A stretch of 63,869 bases of DNA, filler included, from Acidimicrobiia bacterium (GTDB lineage: Bacteria > Actinomycetota > Acidimicrobiia > Spongiisociales > CAZKJJ01): NCBI GenBank assembly GCA_046759765.1. It is 5 parts of 5 records of this genome, joined end to end, with 100 filler letters (N's around TTAATTAATTAA, not from the genome) between each part and the next. Parts side by side here need not be neighbours in the genome. Positions count along the whole stretch, not along the records: positions 13,333 to 26,458 come from JBHICV010000059.1; positions 26,559 to 39,142 come from JBHICV010000061.1; 3 more parts are not named here. The stretch is one strand, 5' to 3'. This document shows positions 19,643-29,178 of the stretch, in pieces; position 1 is the first letter of the stretch, and each line of letters starts with the position of its first letter. A model generated the notes under the pieces. That model made no database searches. It saw only the letters and a program-made list of their open reading frames with translations, and was not told the origin of the DNA. The position numbers and the translations under genes were made by a program.

Positions 19643-20488
19643 ATGCGATCCGCGCTGGCCCAGACCGTGCCTGCCGCCCTCGACTTGGGCTGGCACCCTC
19701 ACTTGGATGTATGGGTAGTGGTGGCCGCCCTCGGGGTGGGCTACTGGTACGCCGTGAAAAGGATTGGGCCAAGGCTCGTCCCGGCCTCCGAGCCGATCGT
19801 CACGAGATGGCAGCTCATCTCGTGGTATGCAGGGGTAGCGCTGCTGTGGATCGTATCGGACTGGCCGTTCCACGACATCGCTGAGCGATCGCTGTTCATC
19901 TTCCACATGAGCGAGCATCTGGTTATAGCTCTCGTCGTTCCTCCGTTGCTTCTGCTCGGGACTCCCCGCTGGCTGGGAAATTTGCTGCTCGGTGAGGGAC
20001 GACGACTTCGCGTCATCAAGGCCCTTTCCAGACCTCTCTTTGCCTTTTTCCTCTTTCAAACGGTGCTGGTGACAGTTCACATACCGCTCGTCGTCGAGGC
20101 GATGGTCACGTCCGCCTTGTGGCATCTCATTACGCATGTGGCGTTGTTCAGCGCCGCGGTCATCACCTGGATGCCGGTCCTGAGTCCGGTGCCGGAGATC
20201 CCCCGGCTACGCCCGTTCGTTGCCATCGGGTATCTATTCGCTCACTCCCTCGTCCCCACGGTTCCAGCTTCCTTCCTCACCTTCACAACATCCCCGATTT
20301 ACGAGATTTACACCGCCGCGCCCCGCCTCTGGGGAATCGACGTGGTCACCGACCAAGCGACCGCAGGACTGATCATGAAGCTGGGCGGCGGCCTGGTGTT
20401 GTGGACCGCCATCGCGCTCTTGTGGTTTCGCTGGTACCGGCGGGAACGCGAGTGGGACGATTTGGAGCGCCAGCTCCGAACCAGTTGA
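19643..20488 (+). CDS. ctaG: Cytochrome c oxidase assembly factor (Caa3_CtaG family)
   Basis: FHMSEHL...PPLLLLG, DQATAGLIMK. Confidence 0.88.
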   Translation: MRSALAQTVPAALDLGWHPHLDVWVVVAALGVGYWYAVKRIGPRLVPASEPIVTRWQLISWYAGVALLWIVSDWPFHDIAERSLFIFHMSEHLVIALVVPPLLLLGTPRWLGNLLLGEGRRLRVIKALSRPLFAFFLFQTVLVTVHIPLVVEAMVTSALWHLITHVALFSAAVITWMPVLSPVPEIPRLRPFVAIGYLFAHSLVPTVPASFLTFTTSPIYEIYTAAPRLWGIDVVTDQATAGLIMKLGGGLVLWTAIALLWFRWYRREREWDDLERQLRTS

Positions 20489-20796
20489 AGGACATCAGGG
20501 TCTTAGCCGTCGCCGGTCTTCTCGCCGTCGCCAGCTGCTCGGCCTCGACATCCGACGTAACCGGTCGTGTCCTGGAGGTCGAAGGTGACCTCGAGAACGT
20601 AACCGGATTCATTCTGGTAACCGACGACGGCGACCGGCTCGACTTCGTCACTCCTCTCGAGGCCGACCGGATCGACTTTCCTCTTATTCACTTACGCGAC
20701 CATGTGCTCTCGGCCGAGCCGGTAGTTGTCATCTACGAAACCAGAGGGGGGGTCCTGTTTGTGATCCGCGTCGACGACGCACCGCCGGGCCGATGA
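20485..20796 (+). CDS. Small lipoprotein, unknown function
   Basis: TTG overlapping ctaG stop; lipobox VASC; HLRDH motif. Confidence 0.65.
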   Translation: MKDIRVLAVAGLLAVASCSASTSDVTGRVLEVEGDLENVTGFILVTDDGDRLDFVTPLEADRIDFPLIHLRDHVLSAEPVVVIYETRGGVLFVIRVDDAPPGR

Positions 20797-21968
20797 GGAC
20801 CGTGACCGACCCGGAACGCCGGGCCCGCCTCGCGGTCCGCCACCATCTCGCGGGCGGCTCAGATTCAGTAGAGGTCATCAGCAATGACGTGGTCGGGTTT
20901 CACTCGTCGGATCCGGCCACGGTCTTTCTCTCCGCCTGGGCACGAATTGACGGATTCGAGCCGCGCGACCTCGAGGAGGCGCTTTACGAGAAGCGGGTAC
21001 TGGTGCGGATGCTCGGAATGCGGAGAACTCTTTTCGTGATTCCCGTTGGCCTCGCACCGGTCGTGAACGCCGCCTGCACAGCCGCCTACCGGCAATCGGA
21101 GCGGCAGCGCCTCATCGGTCTGCTCGAGGACCAGGGAATAACCGAGGAAGGGGAAGAGTGGCTCGACAAAGTAGAGAACGAAACGATGGCGGCGCTGGTA
21201 GAACGCGGTGAAGCGACCGCGGCCGAGCTGACCGACGATGTCCTCGAACTCGGTTTGAAGATCTCCTTTGGGGAGGGAAAGCGCTGGGCGGGAACGGTCG
21301 GTGTCTCCACCCGGATACTCTTCCTCCTGGCCACGCAAGGCATGATTGTGCGCGGCCGTCCCCGCGGTAAGTGGCTCTCTAGCCAGTACCGCTGGGCAGC
21401 TACGGTGACTTGGCTCGGACGGGAGATCGCACCGGAGGATCCTGTCCAGGCGAAAGCCGAGGTCGCGCAACGCTGGCTGCGGGCTTTCGGTCCGGGCACC
21501 TTGACGGACCTCAAGTGGTGGACCGGATGGACGGTCCGCGACACGAGGTGGGCTCTGCAGGAGATCGGTGCGGTTGAGGTGGAGCTGACGGACGGGACTG
21601 GTTTTGTTCTCGCCGATGATGTCGAAGCGCCCCAAGAAGAGGTCGAACCGTGGGTTGCCCTGCTCCCCTCTCTCGATCCGACGGTGATGGGATGGAAGGA
21701 GCGGGACTGGTACTTCGGAGGACATCAGGCCGCTCTTTTCGACCGGAACGGGAACGCTGGCCCCACCGTGTGGGCGGATGGGAAGGTCGTGGGTGGATGG
21801 GGACAGCGAAGTGATGGCGAGCCTGTCGTCAATCTGCTCGAGGATGTGGGTTCCGAGAGCGCGGCACGGATCCAGGCCGAGGTTGGCCGGCTGTCGGAGT
21901 GGCTCGGAGAATTGATCATCACGCCCCGCTTCCGCACTTCCCTCGAGAAGGAGATCCGCTCCAGCTAG
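20793..21968 (+). CDS. AlkZ-family (HTH_42) winged-helix DNA glycosylase
   Basis: FHSSDPATVFLSAWAR, MLGMRRTLF, FGPGTLTDLKWWTG, LLPSLDP, FDRNGNAGP. Confidence 0.88.
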   Translation: MRTVTDPERRARLAVRHHLAGGSDSVEVISNDVVGFHSSDPATVFLSAWARIDGFEPRDLEEALYEKRVLVRMLGMRRTLFVIPVGLAPVVNAACTAAYRQSERQRLIGLLEDQGITEEGEEWLDKVENETMAALVERGEATAAELTDDVLELGLKISFGEGKRWAGTVGVSTRILFLLATQGMIVRGRPRGKWLSSQYRWAATVTWLGREIAPEDPVQAKAEVAQRWLRAFGPGTLTDLKWWTGWTVRDTRWALQEIGAVEVELTDGTGFVLADDVEAPQEEVEPWVALLPSLDPTVMGWKERDWYFGGHQAALFDRNGNAGPTVWADGKVVGGWGQRSDGEPVVNLLEDVGSESAARIQAEVGRLSEWLGELIITPRFRTSLEKEIRSS

Positions 21969-22020
21969 GCCGCTGGTTGACGTCGGCGGCTACGGTTCCA
22001 GCAGCCAGAGAAAGAGGCGC

Positions 22021-22404
22021 ATGTCCCAAGATCTGGATCACACGATTGTCTATGTCCAGGATCTGGGCGAGACCATCGCGTTCTACACCGACGTTATGGG
22101 ATTCGATTACGACGGGCGGCTTGGGAGCTTCGAGGTGGTTCGGGTGAACGAGCACCTGACTCTGGATCTAGAGCAGAGAGACGAAGTCTCATCCATGCAC
22201 TATGCCTTCGTGTTCGACCGGCAGGCCTTCGCGGATGCCTTCACTCGGTTGCAGGACACAGGGATGCCCTACGGGGACGGACCCGGCCGGTGGGACAATA
22301 TGCAAGGGCCCGGCCCCTCGACGGGGGCCCAGGGAGTAACTCAGTCTGTCTACTTCAAGGATCCGAGCGGCCATCTCGTCGAGATGATCACCTACGACCA
22401 GTAG
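22021..22404 (+). CDS. VOC/glyoxalase family protein
   Basis: LDHTIV...FY, HYAF, YFKDPSGHLVE. Confidence 0.9.
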   Translation: MSQDLDHTIVYVQDLGETIAFYTDVMGFDYDGRLGSFEVVRVNEHLTLDLEQRDEVSSMHYAFVFDRQAFADAFTRLQDTGMPYGDGPGRWDNMQGPGPSTGAQGVTQSVYFKDPSGHLVEMITYDQ

Positions 22405-23601
22405 CTAGATCAGGCGAACAACCTCTCGGGACTCGATGTCGCTGCCCTCGGAAGTGCCGTGCTCCTCGGTTCCCACGAACGTGGCGAGGATCGCGACGAT
22501 GACGATGAAGATGACGATCACGCCGCTGAAGGCCGCGTAGACGTCGCCTCGGCGTAGGCGGGTACCCGGCCGGATCCTCAGCAGGCCGGCGAAGCCCAGA
22601 ATCGAAAGCGCAACAAGTGAGGCGACCGCCGGTGCGAACTGAGGCCACTCCAGAAGTACCCGCGAGAGTGAGTAGACCAGAACCCCGATCGTTGCCAGGA
22701 TGAGGAGCGGACCTCCGTACGCGACCGACATGCGACGGCGGATCTTCGCCGGCGTCTCCGCCTCCTCTCCTCGCAGGCCGGCTGGCATGCCGATGACATG
22801 AGGAGTGACAGCCGACAGTGTCCCAAGGGCCGCTCCACCGAGGAGAATCAAGCCGAGCGTCGGCAGAAGTTGGAGCATCGTTCTGGCCACGGTGGCGTCC
22901 GCGACCGTGATCTCCGTTGTCTCCCCGAAGCCTCCGAGAAGAATCGCGGCGGCCGCCGCTCCCAATATGAGACCGGTGATCGCTCCCATCATGAACGCGG
23001 CCCATGCGCGCGTCGAGAGTTTCGCTGCCGGGTTCGAGTACGTGGGCAGGTTGCGCGCCAGTACGGCGGTGAGACCTCCAAAGACGATCGATATCGCCGC
23101 CACGGCAGACAGCACCGCGGTGGTACTAACGAGGAAAGCGGGCGCCGGGTCGGCGTCCTGCGTAGCGGTGGCCGCGCCGATGAGCCAGGGCGACGCCAAC
23201 AGCAGCCCCAGCAGGCCGAGGACAAGGCCCACAACTGCACCGAGGGCGGCGGGAGATTTGATCCGTTCAGATAGGGCCGGAACCTCGACCGGTTCCTCTG
23301 GTTCTTCTAGGACTTCGATTACGACCGGAGGGGAAGGTTCCGTCACCGCAGCAGGCGCGGCGGCCTCTACAGGTTCCGCGACGGGCTCCTCTACTGGAGG
23401 CGCGGGCTCGGGGGCGGGAGCCTCGGCCGGCGCCGCGGGTGGCGCTTCGACCGTCGCGGTGGCGACCGCACCACCCGCCCAGGCTTGCAAAACATCATCC
23501 ACGCTCACCCCGTCCGCGGACGAGCGCGCCTGGGCCGACCGCATGACAATCTCCTCGGGAGCACCCAGGTTTTCAGCGGCGGCAGCGAGTAGCTCGCTCA
23601 T
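22405..23601 (-). CDS. Multi-pass membrane protein with N-terminal helical domain and Pro/Ala-rich linker
   Basis: 398-aa ORF, 7-8 hydrophobic segments after a PA-rich linker. Confidence 0.7.
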   Translation of the reverse strand: MSELLAAAAENLGAPEEIVMRSAQARSSADGVSVDDVLQAWAGGAVATATVEAPPAAPAEAPAPEPAPPVEEPVAEPVEAAAPAAVTEPSPPVVIEVLEEPEEPVEVPALSERIKSPAALGAVVGLVLGLLGLLLASPWLIGAATATQDADPAPAFLVSTTAVLSAVAAISIVFGGLTAVLARNLPTYSNPAAKLSTRAWAAFMMGAITGLILGAAAAAILLGGFGETTEITVADATVARTMLQLLPTLGLILLGGAALGTLSAVTPHVIGMPAGLRGEEAETPAKIRRRMSVAYGGPLLILATIGVLVYSLSRVLLEWPQFAPAVASLVALSILGFAGLLRIRPGTRLRRGDVYAAFSGVIVIFIVIVAILATFVGTEEHGTSEGSDIESREVVRLI

Positions 23602-23613
23602 CGGGCGCGAATC

Positions 23614-23841
23614 CTAGAGGCCGCCATCTTCGCTCCGAAGTGGCTGCTCCTCGTCGTCTTCCTCTCCCAGCTTCGCTGGGGGAGGTGCCGAGCGAAGCGA
23701 GGCGGAGGGGGTGCCTTTTTCCTCGGACCGGGCCCGGGACCGCCGCTCCGCCCACCGAAGTCCCAGCACCGCCAAGATCGCCGGAACGGCGAAGATAAGC
23801 AGCTCGTCCCAGCCGCCTTGGTGAGCGAGAAGCCAGGTCAT
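23614..23841 (-). CDS. Small membrane protein (AHQGGWDE motif)
   Basis: MTWLLAHQGGWDELLIFAVPAILAVLGL; ATGA overlap with the upstream gene. Confidence 0.7.
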   Translation of the reverse strand: MTWLLAHQGGWDELLIFAVPAILAVLGLRWAERRSRARSEEKGTPSASLRSAPPPAKLGEEDDEEQPLRSEDGGL

Positions 23842-25184
23842 CCGGCCGCCAAGATCGCCAGCCCCAACGAGGTGAGCAACACCATCAGCCCCAGCATGGC
23901 ATATTGGGTGCGTACCGCAGTCCGCGCTGGAAAGTCCGCGAGAGCGCGGTCGTGGGCGAGCACGACCCCGGCCACGTGTCCACCGACAATCGCTGCTACT
24001 TGGAGAAGCCACACCGCATTGGGGCTGATGAGGCCAAACTCGATGCGGTAGTCCGCCGTGCCGAAGAGGTCCCAGCCCTGCCCGAAGGGGTCACTGGCGA
24101 CCGCGATCAGGATCTGTCCTTCGAAGATAACCAGCGTGAAGTAGTGAGCGAACGCATAGGCGAAGGCGATGGGCACCAGCGAATGGGCGAAGCGCCTCGC
24201 CACGACCCTCGCCTGGCTGGCAGGGTCGGCAGAGAGATAGGAAGCAAGCGCCGAGGCGGCCCAGTAGGCCCCAGCGATGACCGCGACGGATGCCACCAAG
24301 GCAAACGTGCCGAACCAGACGTTGGAAGCGAGGCTGCCGAACGTCTCACGCCATAGTGGCGTGGCCGACAGACCGTCGTAAGTGACCGTGCCGATCATTG
24401 CGACCACGAAGAGCGTTGCACCTCTCCACGCCGGCAGTACCGGCAGGGCTCGCAGCCAGCCTCGCCAGATCACCTGCCCCTCTGAGAGCCCGAATGGGGC
24501 GATCGAGCTGAGGTAGCGGTTGTAAGAGGTAAAGGCGTCGGCGGCTCGCAGCCCTGGCGTAGGGCCGACCCACGCCATAGCTGCACCCAAATACGCGGTA
24601 TATACGAGGGCGGCGATGGCCAGAGCTAAGGGAAGGCTTGACTGGGGATAGACGAGCTCCAGCCAGGTGAAAGCGATGAAGGCGACTACCGCCGGCAGGA
24701 CGCCAACGCGGCTGCCGATGTCGCGGTCGTCCCGTTCGGTGAGCGTTACGTTTCCGAGGGTCCTCCACGGATTAACGGCCGCCCACAGATTCCCGAAAGC
24801 GACACTCAGGAAGGGGATCACCAGCCAGAAGTAGACCCAGACCAGAACCGGGGCGATGTTGCGCGATCCGGCCGGGGTGCCGAATAGACCTGCCGCGATC
24901 ACGAGGACAAGACCGATCACGCCGAAGGCCTGAAGCAATCCAAACACGGGCTTGGCCCACGACCAGCCCAGGACTGTGCGCCGTGGGCCATCTTGTAGGC
25001 GAGGCTCCACCCAGAGAACTGCCAGAAGGACAAATGTAAATACGAGTACAAGCGCCGCCCCCACGATGAAGTAGCTGAGCGGAACCGGGAGGTCGGACCT
25101 TCCTCCGATGCCGTGTGCCTGCGCCGGAGACGCAGAGAGAAACAACAGAAGGCCGGAGGCGGCCAAGACTGCAGCGGTTCTCAC
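23838..25184 (-). CDS. Polytopic membrane protein ('fenitrothion hydrolase' FedB-like family)
   Basis: Signal AQA|HGIGGRSDLPVP, WAAVNPWR, SLVPIAFAYAFAHY, SDPFGQGWDLFGT, GHVAGVVLAHDRAL. Confidence 0.75.
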   Translation of the reverse strand: MRTAAVLAASGLLLFLSASPAQAHGIGGRSDLPVPLSYFIVGAALVLVFTFVLLAVLWVEPRLQDGPRRTVLGWSWAKPVFGLLQAFGVIGLVLVIAAGLFGTPAGSRNIAPVLVWVYFWLVIPFLSVAFGNLWAAVNPWRTLGNVTLTERDDRDIGSRVGVLPAVVAFIAFTWLELVYPQSSLPLALAIAALVYTAYLGAAMAWVGPTPGLRAADAFTSYNRYLSSIAPFGLSEGQVIWRGWLRALPVLPAWRGATLFVVAMIGTVTYDGLSATPLWRETFGSLASNVWFGTFALVASVAVIAGAYWAASALASYLSADPASQARVVARRFAHSLVPIAFAYAFAHYFTLVIFEGQILIAVASDPFGQGWDLFGTADYRIEFGLISPNAVWLLQVAAIVGGHVAGVVLAHDRALADFPARTAVRTQYAMLGLMVLLTSLGLAILAAG

Positions 25185-25636
25185 TGCACCACGATCTCGA
25201 CCAGCAAGAGGTGGCTTCCCTCTAACTCCACCTCAAATATGCCTGGAATGTTGGCAACGAAGGACAGCGTGGCCTCCGCGCCGGCTTCGATGTCGAAGAA
25301 GAGGTCATAACCGTGAACGTGGACCTTGTCGGCCACGTCGGAGGTCACCACGAGAATCACGGTGTTTCCGAGCGGGACGTCAACGCGGCCCCCATCTTCT
25401 ACCTCCCCTCCAGCTACTACGAGCACGATCTCAGTGGTTGTGGGCGCGGTGGTGGCAGTCGTAGGAGCGGTGGTCGGCGAGGTGGAGGGAGGGGCAGTAG
25501 TCGGGGGCGGCGTCGTCACTGGAGCGGTGTCATCCACCGGCGCGGAGGTTGTGGCCGGTGTGTTGGTCGTCGTGGTGGTTACGTTGCCAGAGCAGGCGGC
25601 CAGGACCAGGAGCAGGAGAATCACGGCAGGACGCAC
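25181..25636 (-). CDS. Lipoprotein with Thr/Pro linker and cupredoxin-like domain
   Basis: Lipobox LAAC; VTSDVADKVHVHGYD...PGIFEVELEGSH. Confidence 0.75.
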   Translation of the reverse strand: MRPAVILLLLVLAACSGNVTTTTTNTPATTSAPVDDTAPVTTPPPTTAPPSTSPTTAPTTATTAPTTTEIVLVVAGGEVEDGGRVDVPLGNTVILVVTSDVADKVHVHGYDLFFDIEAGAEATLSFVANIPGIFEVELEGSHLLLVEIVVQ

Positions 25637-25664
25637 GAGCCCGACAGTCTACGTAGAGCCCGGG

Positions 25665-26458
25665 TCAACCCGATCTCAAGCGCGAATAGTCGAGAAACCC
25701 GGTGGGGCCGATGTTGAGCGCCTCCGAGAAGGGAGACTCGCCGCGACTCGTTACCCCGTCGCGATAGAAAACCCAGGCCGGTTCCCACCACAGTGGGATC
25801 GTTACGACGTCAGAGGCCCATAGATCCTGGATCTCGAGGTATAGCTCGGAGCGCCTCGTCTGATCGAGCTCGGACGCGGCCGCGCCAACGAGGTCGAGAA
25901 GCTCCGGATGGCTCAGACCCTCGGTCGGCTTGCCGGTATCGGGATCCGAAATGTTGGTACCGAGGCCGCCGAAGGCTGTGAAGGGTTCAACGAAAGGATT
26001 CGGATCGAAGTAATCCACGCTCCAGCCCAGCAGAGCAATCTCGTGGAAGGTCCCGGCCAACAGCTGGGGGATGTAGGTGTCCCACTCGGTGGTACGGGTC
26101 TCTACCTGTATCAGACCCGTGGCCTCCCATTGGTCGGAAATGGCAGCTACGGGGGCAATGGCGGTGTCTCCGTAGCGGTCCGAGGGATGGGAGATCTCCA
26201 CCTCGAGCGGCGCGGCTCCGCTGTAACCAGCTTCAGTCAGGAGCTGGACTGCGGTCTGCGGGTCGCCGGCCGCAGCAAAGGGAGTGGAGGCACCGAGAAA
26301 GCCGGGTGGGATCGGCGAGCGAAGCATCTGTCCGGTGTTGCCGAGCACCGTCAACAAGGCTTCGCGGTCCACCGCGGCCGCCAAGGCCTGGCGAACTGCC
26401 AAGGAATCGGTCGGGGCAATCGTGTGGTTGATCACCAGAACCCTTATTGGTCCTGCCC
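25665..26458 (-). CDS. ABC transporter substrate-binding protein (family 5), 5' truncated
   Basis: VRQALAAAVDRE, LLGWSVDYFDP, RSELYLEIQ...IPLW. Confidence 0.85.
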
Positions 26459-26558
26459 NNNNNNNNNNNNNNNNNNNNNNNNNNNNNNNNNNNNNNNNNN
26501 NNTTAATTAATTAANNNNNNNNNNNNNNNNNNNNNNNNNNNNNNNNNNNNNNNNNNNN
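26459..26558. other. Artificial contig linker
   Basis: N44-TTAATTAATTAA-N44. Confidence 0.99.
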
Positions 26559-26817
26559 TGCGCACGAGTTCGGATTCACCACGGTCGATTTGGCGGGGCC
26601 GAGCCGGCGACAGCCGCTGGTGCTGGCCCGGCAGATCGCTATGTACCTGTGTCGCGAGCAGACCGACCTATCCCTGCCGAAGATCGGTGCTTTATTCGGA
26701 GGACGTGACCACACGACCGTCATTCACGCGATCGACAAGATCAAAGGCCTGATGAGAACAGATCGCAGCACGTTCGAGCGAGTCACGGCCTTATCGCAGC
26801 GGCTGAGGACAACATGA
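26559..26817 (+). CDS. dnaA: Chromosomal replication initiator DnaA, C-terminal domain IV only (5' truncated)
   Basis: [32 protein letters not shown]. Confidence 0.95.
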
Positions 26818-26997
26818 GCGTTCTCCACAGCGTGGACCGATCACAGATCTGGGCCGTGGAAGACCAGCCTCCTATCCCCACCCACGGCTGTCGCCAAATC
26901 CGTCTAGGCACCTGGTCTTTCGCGAATTCAGTCCACAATCCACAACCTCTACTACCACTACTACCGTCAATAATTCAGAGCATTAGAAGGGGACGCC
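26818..26997. promoter_or_regulatory. Replication origin oriC (DnaA boxes plus DnaA-trios)
   Basis: dnaA-dnaN intergenic; TTCTCCACA (26821), tandem CAGTCCACA/ATCCACA (26929-26944), CTACTACCACTACTAC (26949-26964). Confidence 0.8.
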
Positions 26998-28083
26998 GTG
27001 CGGCTTAGAGCAGAACGAGACGATCTTGCTGACGCCTTTGGGAGAGCAACCAGAGCTGTGGGGGTGAAGTCGGCTCTGCCCATCCTCCAGGGTGTTCTTT
27101 GTGAGGCAAGTGGTCAGTCATTGCGCGTGACGGGCACCGATCTCGAAATGACCGCGCGCATCAGTGCAGCCGTTGAGGTTCTGGAGGAAGGAGCGGCAGT
27201 CATCCCCGCCCGGCTTGCTACAGAGGCAATTCGGAAGCTTCCGGCGGGTGCGGTGACGATCTCGTCCGCAGATGGGGAGGTCGAGATCGTAGGCAAGGGC
27301 CCGCGGTTCAGCTTTCGGGAGATGACCGTCGCTGACTTTCCCCAGCTAGGTGAACCTGACTTCTCCGGAGCTATCGACGTGGCTGGGGACGAGATAGCGC
27401 AGGCCTTTGCGCAGGTCGTGGTCGGCGCTTCTGCTGATGCGGCGAGACCCGTACTGACTGGCGTTCTGATCGAACCTAAGGAGGACGGCGTGCGAATGGT
27501 GGCCACTGATTCGTACCGTTTGGCGGTCCGGGACGTCGCGGGGATATCGGTCGAGCGATCCGGGTTGGTTCCCGCCCGGGGACTGCGCGAGGTCGCCAGG
27601 ACCGTGGGGTCGGAGAAAGTACAGATTGGTCTGTCCGAGAGGGAAGCGAGCTTCGGCTCGGAGCTGGGATCATTGAACCTTCGTCTCATCGAAGGCGATT
27701 TCCCGAACTATCGGCAGCTGCTTCCTGAGATCTACCCGAACAAGCTCACGGTGGACAGGGAGTTGTTGCTGGAAGCCGTGGGCCGCGCCTCTCTTGTCGC
27801 GGAGGAGCACATACCTATACGGATGGAGCTCGCGGTCGGCGGCGTCGAGCTGTCGGTGTCACGGCACGATGTTGGCGGCGAAGTAGAGCATGTGGAAGGG
27901 AGCTACGAGGGCAAAGAGGAAGAGGTCACGATCGCTTTCAACCCGAGGTATCTCGCTGACGGCGTTGGCGTCGCGGAAGGTTCCCAAGTCGAGATTGACG
28001 TGATCGACGGACTCAAGCCCGCTGTCATTCGCGGCGCGGGGCACGAGGACTTTCTCTACCTTCTCATGCCAGTGCGCCTCTGA
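26998..28083 (+). CDS. dnaN: DNA polymerase III beta clamp
   Basis: LPILQGV, GTDLE, RPVLTGV, ATDSYRLA, LIEGDFPNY, YLLMPVR. Confidence 0.97.
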   Translation: MRLRAERDDLADAFGRATRAVGVKSALPILQGVLCEASGQSLRVTGTDLEMTARISAAVEVLEEGAAVIPARLATEAIRKLPAGAVTISSADGEVEIVGKGPRFSFREMTVADFPQLGEPDFSGAIDVAGDEIAQAFAQVVVGASADAARPVLTGVLIEPKEDGVRMVATDSYRLAVRDVAGISVERSGLVPARGLREVARTVGSEKVQIGLSEREASFGSELGSLNLRLIEGDFPNYRQLLPEIYPNKLTVDRELLLEAVGRASLVAEEHIPIRMELAVGGVELSVSRHDVGGEVEHVEGSYEGKEEEVTIAFNPRYLADGVGVAEGSQVEIDVIDGLKPAVIRGAGHEDFLYLLMPVRL

Positions 28084-29178
28084 ATGAAGCTTGGCTTCAT
28101 AGAGCTGACCGACTTCCGCTCCTACCGGGACTGCCGGATCGAACCGGAAGAGGGGACCAACGTCCTCGTGGGGCTAAATGCAGCAGGCAAGACGAATTTC
28201 CTCGAGGCGGTGTGGTACCTCAGCAGGGGCCGGTCCTTCCGCCGGGTCGCCGACGAGGTTCTGATCAACGACCAAGCGTCAGAGTTCGTGGTTCGGGCGC
28301 GTGTTGATCGATCCTCAGGTAGCTCGGTCCTGGCGGTCATGACACCGCGTAGCGGCCGGCGGCGCCTGGAAGTGAACGGAAAGGTAGTTAGAGGTGCCGG
28401 TGAGTTGACGGGTCACCTCCACGCAGTGCTCTTCTTTCCCGACGACCTGGACGTGGTCAAACGTGGGCCGGCCGGCCGCCGCGAGTTCATAGATGAGGCC
28501 GCGGCGCAGCTGTGGCCGGCAGCAGCCGGCGATCAGTCGGACTACCAACGTGCTCTCCGGCAGAGAAACGCCCTGGTCAAACGTCTCGGCCGGGATGCCC
28601 ACAACGCCAGTCTCGATGTGTGGGACGGCCGGCTGTCACAGGCAGGTGGCAGGGTGATGGCTAGACGAGCCGAAGCCATTGGGATGTTGTTGGGATCAGT
28701 TTCGGGGATTTACGCGCGGTTGGCGGGAGGCGAAGCGTCCGTGACTTCGCAGTACCGCTCTACTTGGAACGAGCGACCGACCAACACGGACAGCGACCAG
28801 CTGGCCGAGTCGCTCTCCGAAGCTCTTCTCCGGGCCCGTGAGATCGACAGAGAGCGAAGGGTGACCACGGTGGGTCCGCATCGGGACGACGCCGGGTGGC
28901 TGCTGAACCAGCGAGAGACGCGTACCCATCTGAGCCAGGGTGAGCAGCGGACGCTCGCGCTGGCGCTTCGGCTGGCGACGCGGGAAGCAATCCTGCATCA
29001 GACCGGTGAGCCTCCGGTGATGCTTCTTGACGACGTGTTCTCCGAGTTGGATCTCAGCAGGGCGAAGGCGCTCGCGGACGTGCTCCCCGAGGGTCAGGCC
29101 TTCATCACAACGACGCGATTGGAGGAGGTTCCGTTTCCTGGGAGGACCTGGACCGTCCAAGAGGGGACCATCCGGTGA
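28084..29178 (+). CDS. recF: DNA replication/repair protein RecF
   Basis: GLNAAGKTN, VGPHRDD, SQGEQR, LLDDVFSELD. Confidence 0.96.
   Translation: MKLGFIELTDFRSYRDCRIEPEEGTNVLVGLNAAGKTNFLEAVWYLSRGRSFRRVADEVLINDQASEFVVRARVDRSSGSSVLAVMTPRSGRRRLEVNGKVVRGAGELTGHLHAVLFFPDDLDVVKRGPAGRREFIDEAAAQLWPAAAGDQSDYQRALRQRNALVKRLGRDAHNASLDVWDGRLSQAGGRVMARRAEAIGMLLGSVSGIYARLAGGEASVTSQYRSTWNERPTNTDSDQLAESLSEALLRAREIDRERRVTTVGPHRDDAGWLLNQRETRTHLSQGEQRTLALALRLATREAILHQTGEPPVMLLDDVFSELDLSRAKALADVLPEGQAFITTTRLEEVPFPGRTWTVQEGTIR

Noticed and set aside
25430..25585. Low-complexity GTG/GTC-rich repeats
   Set aside because: Encode the Thr/Pro linker of a lipoprotein; not a CRISPR array or tandem DNA repeat.
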